From positions 6,362,939-6,426,938 of the forward strand of contig MU058423.1 of the NCBI GenBank assembly GCA_013265495.1: 64,000 nucleotides of DNA, given 5' to 3'. How positions within the stretch are numbered: position 1 is the first letter of the stretch; the number at the start of each line of letters is the position of its first letter. Made by a program: the position numbers and the translations under genes. Of the stretch, positions 53,550-64,000 are shown one piece after another. The notes below the pieces were generated by a model. It did no database searches, had not been told where the DNA came from, and saw only the letters and a list, made by a program, of their open reading frames with translations. The stretch is from Vicugna vicugna. Its lineage: Eukaryota.

Positions 53550-53720
53550 CCATTATTCAATGCATATACTAAGCATGTACTGACAATCATTATGTATTGG
53601 CCGTAGTATTGGATATCATGAATGTAAGAATAAATAAGAGATGACCAGTTTTATGAGGTACTTCACAGTGTAACAGGGGAGACACACACGAAAACAGATA
53701 ATTATAAGACAATGTGTCAT
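53550..53720 (-). mobile_element. LINE-2 3' terminus
   Basis: 'attcaatgcatatactaag...attatgtattggcc...gaataaataagagatg...ttcacagtgtaacaggggagacac'. Confidence 0.6.
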
Positions 53721-54069
53721 CTCCAAATAGTATTAGAATATTATAAAGCCTTTGCTTAAGATGCCATCAGTGGTAGTCCTTAAACTGAAAGACTGAAAGA
53801 AATCCTGACAAATAGAAAAGGACTCTATTGTCATCTAGTGGCCAGACTTATGTCCTTGAAATGGTTAAATTACCTTGGATATCTTTTATCTGTAAGAAGC
53901 TATTTTGGGGACTGAAAAGCAATTTTGCAAGGTTTTTGGGATCCTAATACATGAAGGGGAATTAACGCTGTAAAAAATAGTAACGTTGCATATCTCTTCA
54001 GAAAATTTTTTTTCACTCTCTCACCACAGATAGCAATGACTTCAACTTAAGAAATTTTCTGGGATTAAA

Positions 54070-54335
54070 AGAAGCTCAATGGACATGATAACTAAATTCA
54101 GTTTGTGATCTCATATTGTATACTGGGACAATTAATACTATTTAAACAAGGCCTGTAGATTACTTTACAGTATTGTATCACTATTAATGTTCTGGCTTAG
54201 ATAATCATACTGTGTTTATGTAAGACTTTAACATTTTGGGAGACTGAATATCAGGTGTATAAGAAAACTGTGACTAATTTTGCAGCTTTTTGTAAGTCTG
54301 AATTTATTTCAAAATGAAGAATTTAAAAACTAAAT
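54070..54335 (+). mobile_element. L1MC/ME-like 3' end
   Basis: 'gacatgataactaaattc', 'cagtattgtatcactattaatgttc', 'tttttgtaagtctgaatttatttcaaaat'. Confidence 0.7.
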
Positions 54336-55269
54336 GATAAAAATGTAGTATGAATTATAAAAGTAGTTTAATAAGGTGTTTTTGTTTCCCTAAGCTAGTA
54401 ATATATCCAATAATTATATATAAGTATTATAATATGGTTATTTGTATATTTTTCTCTAAAGTGTACATTTTAAGTCATAAGGTCAGTCTAAAAGAAAATT
54501 TAAAACAATCTTTATAGTATTTGGTTTATAGGTGCTGATGGAAAAATGCTATTTTTCTAAGTCCAGCCACCATGGTAGTCTTTTTATAAGAAACCACAAA
54601 TAATTAACCATTTTCTTTATACTGCTAACTCTGATAATATATGCTAACTCTCAGTTCAGCACTGAAGCCTTCTGATGGTACTTTTTGTTTTCTGTGATTT
54701 CTGTACAATGATATCCTAACATTTTAGGGACTCACAGAGCTATTAACATCAAATCACCTTAGCGGACTTCATGGGAATCTCAGAAAAAATGTCAGCTCGG
54801 CCCATCAAACCGGACACAAAAACATAGGCAATTACCTGAAACCAGTCTAGCTTTTAAAGATATGTGCTGCTGCTTGATGAGCTGTCTGGGACCACCATAC
54901 AGGATTCACAATCTATAAGAAGTCTCTGGCATTTGTCTTCTTCAGTGGAGGGGTGTAAAGATGACCAAAAATTTAAAGTTATATATATGATAGTGCAAGT
55001 GTAGGAAGAGAGGTAATTATACTTGTTTTACACAAATCGGATAAACCATATTCATGTTACAAAATATTCGTCGCTGAAAATAGTATTTTAATCATCTAAG
55101 AGCAATTTAACATTGCAAGATGGAGAATCCAGGTCAGTCATTTACATTAACTTTTTAAAGTTGAAAAGCCTAACTTCAAAGTATCAGCTAATTAGGTAGT
55201 CATTTAGTGAATGTCCAGGATTTTAGTTGAAAATCAAAGAGATGATGTTTCTGATTAAGGACGACAGCA

Positions 55270-55800
55270 AGTTCCTCCTATTAGGAAATGGTATCTATTA
55301 TTTCTCTTTGTCCTTATTACTTGCTTTAACCAGCAGAATGTGGTGCCAGTCACGTTGTGTAACTTCTAAAGCTGAACCCCTAACAGATCTGTGGTTTCTA
55401 CTTTACACACTCTAACACTCTGTTTTAGAATATAATTGTTATTCTGTGGAAAATCTAAGCTGCAGATTGCGGTCCCCTCTGCTAAGAGGGAGGGAGACAC
55501 CACTATCCCTAAAACCACAGGGAAAGGCCACCCAGGTGAGAACGATGGCTCCTTAAGTTACAAGCTCGGCTGAGTCCCCAGCCAGCAGTCATTACTGAAC
55601 TGTCAGGCACACGAGTCAGCCACCTCGGGTGGATCAATAAAGGTGGCTTCCAGGTGACTGCAGGCCCAGTCAGTGCCACGTGGAACAGAAGATCTATTCA
55701 AACATGCTCAGACAGATCATAAAACCACCAAAGACAACAAATGTCTGTTGTTAGTTTAAGTTTTGAGGTGTGTTATTCAGCAAAAGATAACCAAAACAGT
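55270..55800 (+). mobile_element. MLT1 (G/H-like) LTR
   Basis: 'acttgctttaaccagcagaatgtgg', 'ccaggtgactgcaggcccag', ending 'gttattcagcaaaagataaccaaaaca'. Confidence 0.75.
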
Positions 55801-57479
55801 GTGTTCTATATTAATCTCCTCATTGGGGTATGCAATTTCTGTAATCACAACGGCAGCTCCCAATTTAGTAGACTCTGTTAAGCTGCCGTGATAATTTTAT
55901 CCCTCCTCAGTCTTAAATTATTTTTCATAAAGCTTTTGATAACAGCTTTTCTAATACAAAGTGCATTTTTCAAGGTCCATCTATTTCAGTTCAAAAATAT
56001 CTGTTGAATCTTGTTCTTACTATTCAGTTTAATGAAACTTAAAACACTGAAAAATTAGAAGGCATAGCCCTTGTCATTAAAAGCCTCATTACTATTGTAG
56101 AGACATAAGATACATATTTATTTAGAACAACTAAGGAGTAGTAAGGAGGACTGACTGCAGGGGCAAAAAGAAAATGTATGTAGGACTGAAACGTTTCTGA
56201 AAGGCTTTTGGGAAGAAGAAAAAGCAAACGTTCAATCTTATAAAATATGGAGAACTTGAATGGTAAAGAAAAGAAGGGTGAGGGTGCTACAGACTGTGTG
56301 AGACCCAAATGCAGAGACTGGAGACTGATGGATGGGAGATGGTGAGGAAACAATGTTTGCTAAAGCAAACAGGAGGAAACAACCCAAAATGCAACTAATT
56401 TGTGTAAAAAAAAGTATCAATTTGATTTATTTAAATTTTATTTTTCTTGGTTCATAATTAAATGTTTTTGAACATCACTGAAGAGAAATGTGGCTTAACC
56501 ACAAACTTACTCACATGCAAATAAGCATGCCAGATTTTGCATTTAAAATTCAGGAAGCAAAATTTCATCATTTCACACAGGTCTGAGTTTGCAATGCATA
56601 GATTCCTGACAGCAGAAATACAGATTGCTAGTTAGAAATATACAGAAAGTGAAGCACGTAAATGATGATGAAATGCAAATGTGCTGCAATCGTATTACAA
56701 AGTTTTCTCCTTCCTTTTTAACTTCATTTTCTATATCGTTGACTGAAGAATATTTATCCTCCATCTGCAAAAGTCATCCCCTGGTATCGTGTAGCAAAGC
56801 AAAAGGAACACTCATGAGCACTGAGCAAGGACACAGATGCTCATTAATCAAGTAGATTATCACCAGCGATCAGAAATACTGCAGATGTTTCAGTTAAATT
56901 GCCCTTATGTACACTTGGTTGTGACACTACTGTCCCTCAGAATCTTGGCAAAGAATTCTAGCTCTTTTAGGAAAATGCAATTAGTATCCAAATAGATATA
57001 TTATTTTTCTTTCACCCTATGTACTGATTGTCCCGAGTGAGAGATAAGCAAACAAATTTATTACAGAAATTTTACATTTTTTAAAAAAACCAACAGGATA
57101 CATACTCTATATTTGCTATTTAACACTTCTAGCAATTTCAAAAATATATTAAGACTCCATATGATCTCAGACAAAGCCCTAATTGTTCCTATTTTCTCAG
57201 TAATAAATAAACACATCGATCATCTTTTTTATCCATTACTCATTTACACTTACTGCTATTGTAGTAGGCACTGGGGCATAAAAATGAGGTATGATCCAAA
57301 TGCATTATACTCAATATTGTTTCTAATAGCCCTGCTCCATCTCTCAACAATTACGAGCATTAGTGTACTTCACTTTCAATGCAAAAATGCAAGCACACAA
57401 TTTTTAGATTGTCTGATCCCTGCAAAAACCATAGTCCTGTGGCTCATATTTAAAGACTTTGTTTCATATACATCTATTC

Positions 57480-57780
57480 TTTAATCCAACACATTTGCTT
57501 AGTACTTATTTGCCAAACATAGTGCTAAATACTGAATACATAAAGATGAATAAGTTCTTACACTCGAGGAGATTTTATGGTCTAATAAAAAAACACAGTC
57601 TTGCAAATAAATACAGGCAACAGGATCAAATGTTCAAAACCAACACAAAGTTTCACATAGAAAGTAGTAGTCATCGATAGTAAGGGACGGTCAGTATAAG
57701 CTTTATAAAAAAAGATGATACTCAGTCTGAGTTCTGAAGGCTTATCACATATTCAGCAGGTAAACAAGCATGGTAGATAG
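57480..57780 (-). mobile_element. LINE-2 3' terminus
   Basis: 'atccaacacatttgcttagtacttatttgccaaacatagtgctaaatactgaatacataaagatgaataag'. Confidence 0.7.
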
Positions 57781-58945
57781 TTCAAAACCCAAACATGTAA
57801 AAATTGTAATTCACGTGTGTCTGAATGCATAGACAGGCACACACATCTGTGTCTCGCTGGATATTGGGTTATCTTTCCTGTTTGAAAATAAACTGGAAGA
57901 TGCTGGTATGGTTTATGGATGTCACTAAAAATATTGTTTATTAATTTAAAAAAATCTTTGTAGATTCACGGATATTACCAATTGAGTCATATGTGCCTTG
58001 CTGAACTGTTATCTTTCTTTAGGATTCTTAAATGATATTACTCCTAGTTTGGGGGAGTAATTCCACTCTTTGACATAAATCTATTATCTTCACCACATTC
58101 TCATATCTGTAAAATAAGGATGAGGACACTCATCCCCCCAAAGTTATTGAGAAAATGATTATGAAGAATACATTTTTTGATCTGAATATTTGTAGATCTG
58201 ATTTTAAAGGGAGAAATATATTCAGATATACGCATGAAAGTTGTACTATATAGAACTTCACTAACGATGTGGGAACGGAAGGAAGGGGCTGTAAAAAATT
58301 TAAAATCCTAACAATGAACAAGTTTCCCATTAATTCACTTAAAAGTATAATTAGAGAACCAGAAACAATTATATCATCAGATGTCTATACACCAAAGAAG
58401 AATATGGATGTTAAACATGAAATTATACAAAATGTGAAAACAGCAGATTTCAAAAGCAACACAAAGTAATACATAATTCAAAAGAAAGGTAGGAGATAAT
58501 TCTAGTATTACATAAAAAGAAATTACACTTAGTGAAAATCATTAGCAAGATAAAGTATAATGGAATATATTTGGATAAGATGAACAGGAAAGTAAGTAGG
58601 AAATTTTTTTGTAAAACATGCTATGCATTATATTTTTGTAAATATACATATGCAATGAAATGGAGACAAAGATCATGCTTTGCTAATTCACGATATACAA
58701 TAGACAAAGACAGAAAATGTAGTATTGATGGGCGACTCCAACAATAAAAACATCCGCTACACGTGTCATTCAAAAACAAAGCCTTTGATAAAGTCTTGGC
58801 TTGATTTTATGACAATTTTACCTCTAAAACATAGTCTTGGAGTAGGGGAAGGCAGAATACATAAACCTATTGAAAAGCGGAGTGGTTTGTTAGTGAAAAT
58901 CTCTGCATTTTAAAGCGATGTGTTAAACTAAGAAATGTTTCTCAC

Positions 58946-59258
58946 TGTGTTAGTTTACTAGGGTTGCTGTTAAAAAGTACTACAGTTCTGGAGGGTAGAA
59001 TTCTAGGATTAACATAGGCTTGATTTCTTCTGAGACCTAAGATTTCTGTGCCCTCACGGGTCATCCCTCAGTGAATGTTGTCTGTGTTTAATTCTCTTCT
59101 TATAAGGATATCAGTCAAGTTGGATTAGAGCCTACCCTTATGACCCATTTTAACCTAACTCTTTAAAGGCTCCATCTCCCAATACAGTCACATTCTAGGT
59201 AATGGAAGAAAGGGTTTCATTGTATTAATTTGGGAGGGACACAATTCAATTCATAACA
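58946..59258 (-). mobile_element. MLT1A-like LTR, internally shortened (313 bp)
   Basis: Starts 'tgtgttagtttactagggttgctgt', ends 'ggacacaattcaattcataaca'; 5-bp TSD CTCAC (58941-58945) / CTCAT (59259-59263). Confidence 0.88.
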
Positions 59259-60224
59259 CTCATCTTAGAAAGTTGATTGAGAAAATTTAAAAAAAAGAGA
59301 ATCAAAATGCCCAAATGTTGGACCTAAGAATTTTCCCTGCTTTTTAAAACCTCTCCCAGTGGTTCTGTTTCCAGCCATGCTGTAGATCAAAATTTGGGAA
59401 GGTTCTAAAGCAAAGATTCTATTATTGTGGGCAGGTCACGAGCCCAGTGTTATTTGATGCCTTTCTAGCTGTGTAATTTAATTATATTATGTTACTTTGA
59501 CAAGTGCAAGCTTAAAGATTCAGCATAGATAAGGGAAAGAGATTGTTGGTCGGCAGTGGCCATTCCAAAGCCCTGTAATGAGAAGTGTTGTGAGATTTGC
59601 TATGGAAAAGAGAGGGAAGAACAGCTAGGCATGTTCTATATATGTGCCTTTCTCATATAATAGGAATTCTCTTCGTTTCTAAGGGAAGTGTAGTTTTCAA
59701 TCATATGACCCCCTAGAGAGCTCAGTTTTGGCTACAGGGATCTTATTTTACCATCTTAAATGGAATAAAGCCCACATTAAAAATGTGACCATGTATCTCT
59801 TCATTTCTGAAGCAGGTTTTTCCACTGCTTATTGTCTGAAATCGCACTTTAGCAACACTTTCTATGTTTTTTCCCACCCTGTCTTCCAGATCTGTATCAG
59901 TCCAATTGTATCTTTGACTTCCTCCTGCCCTGCCTGTCATGTCTTTTCTCATGCTACTTTCTTTGCCTCCTTTTTCTGCATCAACTCACTCTGCTCTCTC
60001 CTGCCTGTTCTTTCTCACTTCTCTCTGATTCTTACTATTCTGAAATGCCCTTTTTGCTCGGTACAATAGTACCCACCATCTACCCAACAGCTTTGTTTTC
60101 AGAACCACAGTGTATCAACTTATAGATCCTATTCCTTTTAAAGAATAAATCACAACATTCTCTATGCATGAATTCTTTTTTTTTCAAATGAGCAAATGTG
60201 CATTATTTATAACTTGAGTTGCCT

Positions 60225-60530
60225 CTTTTCCCCCAGCTTTACTGAGATATAATTGACATAAGTAAGTGTAAGTTTAAGGTATACAATATGCTGATTTGAT
60301 ATGCATATATATTGCAGAATGATTACTACAATAAGGTTAGTTAGCACATCTACCAGCTCACACAATTACTGTTTTGTTTTTCTGTTTTGTGGTGAGAACA
60401 TTTAAAGTCTACTCTCTTAGCAATTTTCAAATATACAATATTGTTAAAGTATAATCACTATCCTGTACATTAAGTTATTCACCTTATAATAGGAACTTAG
60501 TACTCTCTGACTAACATCTCACAACCTCCA
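60225..60530 (-). mobile_element. L1MA9-like 3' terminus
   Basis: 'cagctttactgagatataattgacata', 'gtggtgagaacatttaaagtctactctcttagcaattttcaaatatacaata'. Confidence 0.85.
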
Positions 60531-62344
60531 TGGGTTCTTGAAGCTTAAACTTACATTCCTACACACTAAAGATATTCACCATCAATCACATAGGAAATTT
60601 TCTGACATTCTTTATAAAACCAAAAATACGTAAGCTACTATTTTTATAATCTATCACTGAAACTGGATTTATCCCACATTTGTTCACTATTTAATTCACA
60701 ATGATTTGGGGGTTCAGATGAATATTTAACATTATTTTTCAGGATGTCTATTACTTTTTCATTGGAATAATCAGGTTTTTAAGAGAGTGTAATTTGGTAC
60801 ATAGAAACAATTAGGAAGAATGTTTAAGTACTTGCATTTAAAAAATTCTTAGGTTATTTTCAAAGCTGTAACTTTTTAAATACTGTTTTGGAAAATAGCA
60901 GAAACATTTATAAAACTGTAAGGTAAATAGCTGTTGAAACTTGAAAATACATCTCGAAGCTGAGTGATGAATTTCACAGAGAAATGGCTTCTTTTCAGGA
61001 TATTCTGGTTTAATTTGTCATTTTGCCCCTAAGAAGTATATATACATAATATAGGAGGAAATCTAACAAAGCAAATATTTTTAATTCAATCCAGGGGAAA
61101 AGATATATAATTTTTTAATTAATGTGCTACATTTTATATTCTGTGGAAGAGGTCAGAACAGAATGTGAAAAGGGTAAATGAGAGTAAGAAAATCAGTATC
61201 ACTCACATTAAAAGTATTCATTAAATAAGGTAATATATAAAATAATATGTCCTAAAGTATCCTGAAATCTTATGGGAACTAAACTTCCTATATTTTAAGA
61301 AAAATGTATTTTTTAAATTATTTTTATCCTTTCCCATATAAATCATTAAAATTCCAGAAATTATAGTACTTTACTGTCTATATTCTACTTCATTTTCTGT
61401 GATTTATATTGAAAAATATCACAAAGCAATTTTATCAGACCAAATATCTAAGGTTTTGGTTTAGAAAAATATGTTCACTGCACGTATACTTTACTTCACA
61501 TGCAAAAGCAGCTACTGACCACCACCATTAGAACTTTTGGATTGTGAGGTTTTTTCTCAAGAATTGTAATAGATTGGTGCTAATCCATGTATGTATTTTA
61601 ACTCAAGCTCTCTTGTGCCTAATTCTGTACATTTACAAGGTAGCTGGTTAGAGTTGAAGATGCAGCCAGCAGCAAAGGAACAAAGCAAAGCAAACAATTC
61701 CACTTATATGCACCAAATTTCTTCTTCAGAATGCAAGCCCACTGATATAATCAATATAGGCAAATTAATTACAGTATACTGGAGCATTTATCAAATTAAT
61801 ATCATCATTTGCAACTGGATGTGGCACAAATATATACCCTAAAATAGTTTATTATTTTCTTCCTCAAACCCATTTCTACTTCTGTAGTCTTACTCTCTAA
61901 GATCTAATGACCAAAACAAGACACTTGAGAGTAGAAGGGGTCACTAATACCTATGCTGTGACAACGCAGGAGGACTTGGGCAGTCTTGGGCAAGTGAGGA
62001 AGAATATCACACTATTTAGGAATAATAGAATCTTTCACTCATTTGGCCAAATCCAAACTAGGTCTCCTATTTGACTTACCATTTCCTTCAAATAAAATAA
62101 GCTTGCAGGACTTGTTGACTTTCCTTTTATTCACCTTATAATTACCTAGGTGAAGCTCTCTCATCCTCTCTCACCAAAAAAAGACTTTCTGCCTCCGACC
62201 CATCCAATAACCACTGCCAACCTGACTGCTCGGCAAAAAGCAAAATGCAATCTGATAATGTTGCTGTCCTAGTTTAGACAAAAATAAATATATAAATATA
62301 TCTTGTAAACTCCAAGATGAAGTTCAAACTTCTGAGAATTGCAT

Positions 62345-62632
62345 GAAACAGACTCACAGATACAGAGAACAAACTAGTGGTTACCACTGGGGAGAGGGAA
62401 GGGGGAGGGGCATAAGGGGGGTAGGGGGATGAGAGGTACAAACTATTAAGTATAAACTAAGCTACAATGATATATTGACGACACAGGGAATATAGTCAAT
62501 ATTTTTTCATTTTTTAGCCAACATTTTTATAATAATTATAAATGGAGCATAATTTTTAAAACTTGTGAATCATTATATTGAACACTTATAACATATAATA
62601 TTGTACAACTATATTTTAATTTAAAAAATAAA
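62345..62632 (+). mobile_element. Short LINE-1 3'UTR insertion within L2-derived sequence
   Basis: 'acagactcacagatacagagaacaaactagtggttacc', a G-rich tract, then 'ataatattgtacaactatattttaatttaaaaaataaaa'; same type as the 51577-52608 element. Confidence 0.9.
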
Positions 62633-63719
62633 ATTGAGAAATTTTTTTAAAAACAACTCTTCATGAACTCATTTCCTGTGACACATTCCATATTCTTGCT
62701 ACATGCACCTCATCCTCTAACACAGTGCTTGTCCTGTACACGATTTACATTCTACCTGCCAGTCTCCTCTGATACATCATGCTTTCCTTTGCCTACTTGA
62801 CTTCCAGGTTCCAATTTCATTTGCACAGAATATTTTCTAAAACACACACACACACATGTAATAGATTCTTCCTTATCTTTTAAATTATTGTTTAAGACTA
62901 AAGACTTCGGTTTTCACTCTAGGTACTCATTCTTTGAGACCAAACTCCATTTGGAGAGGAATTATTTCTCCCACACTTCTACCATATATGATTCTAGTGA
63001 GTGTCCTAATTGTAGCTTTATCCTTCCCGATCCCTGTTGACCTGTTCAGTCCAAGCCATGCCAAATAGTCCATCTTCATGATTTTGTTTATTTGGCTAAA
63101 TAAAGAGATGCAGCTCCTTTTTGATGACTTAGCTATGCTACAGGAGGCATGGCAGCTGCAAGAAGCCAAGTTCCCACAATAAGTCATTCAAAACCTGAAT
63201 CCAACAACAGAGAAAAAGGCTGTAATGTAGTTAGAGCAGGAGTCCCGAAAGTGTTTAGACTCCTAGTTGAGGCCCATGCGTCCCAAGGATATGCGAAATT
63301 TTAAATAAAAGCTACCTTTCTTTAATTTATCTATTTTATTTTTCTTTTACTTATAAGATTGGATTTTTATCCACCACCAATAAGAGTCAATAAGCAATAA
63401 TAAATTGCCCTGATTCTCCCAAGATGAGAAAAGCTTTCCCTAATCTGTGATGTCACACTATGGTGAAGTTTATATGTATCATATAAACTTTATTAGATAA
63501 ATTCATCTACATATGCTAATCAAGAGACTAAAGAGAATTAACATTTAAAATAATGTGGACAATTACACTCAAAGAACCTAGGTCTCAATGTGTGTAGAAG
63601 ATCTGAGTCTCCCTCATTTTCAGTTTCCATATGCCTCTCAGAATAAAAGTATCTTTTTCTGAGAAGTGTGAGTCTTGCTTTTTAATATATGATTCAATTC
63701 TCAATTTCAAAATAGCCTC

Positions 63720-64000
63720 CAAATATATACAGCATCTGTATCGTGGTGTCTAAATATTCACGAATAAATGGAACTGGAGCTTCTTGGAGAAGTGGTTAAT
63801 TCCAGGACTAGGCAGGAAAAATAATAAGCCTGGTTCCAGAAAATAAGAAAATGCTCAAAGAAGCATAAGGGCTTGTCAAAGGAACACAGGAACCAATCTC
63901 AAGGCACTTCTAACAGTCCAAACTGGAACACCTTGAGCATCAAAATAAATAAGGATAGTACTGAAATTTAACCCACAGACTAAAAGAAATAGTCACACAT
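63720..64000 (+). mobile_element. L1MC-like 3'UTR fragment (runs off the window)
   Basis: 'cttcttggagaagtggttaattccaggac', 'gtcaaaggaacacaggaaccaatc', 'aactggaacaccttgagcatcaaaataaataa'. Confidence 0.8.

Noticed and set aside
1..64000. A novel multi-gene, CRISPR-like or defence system
   Set aside because: No operon-like ORFs, repeat-spacer arrays or long intact reading frames; the content is ordinary eutherian interspersed repeats.

Overview
AT-rich, repeat-dense mammalian (eutherian) non-coding DNA, either intergenic or deep intronic. I find no host protein-coding gene, RNA gene, CRISPR array or prokaryote-type system. The only ORFs with recognisable protein similarity are decayed LINE-1 ORF2 and LINE-2 reverse transcriptase remnants; the rest of the ORF track looks like chance or antisense frames. 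The window is a layered transposon fossil record: many ancient L2 and MIR fragments, old L1M-type pieces, MaLR (MLT1) and ERVL (MLT2, LTR16/33-like) LTRs, a MER5A-type hAT MITE, three ERV1-type solo LTRs with visible 4-bp target-site duplications, and several younger cetartiodactyl-type L1 3' ends. The L1 3'UTR style, plus no recognisable Alu, CHR, Bov-tA, PRE-1 or SINEC, suggests a camelid host (inference). The best leads are non-repeat islands with clustered developmental transcription-factor motifs (about 8.25 kb and 25 kb), possible minus-strand non-coding exons, a MER5A copy with apparently compensatory arm changes, and nested insertions. I cannot support a claim of a previously undescribed biological system. 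Repeat family names come from recalled consensus sequences, and boundaries are approximate unless a TSD is quoted.
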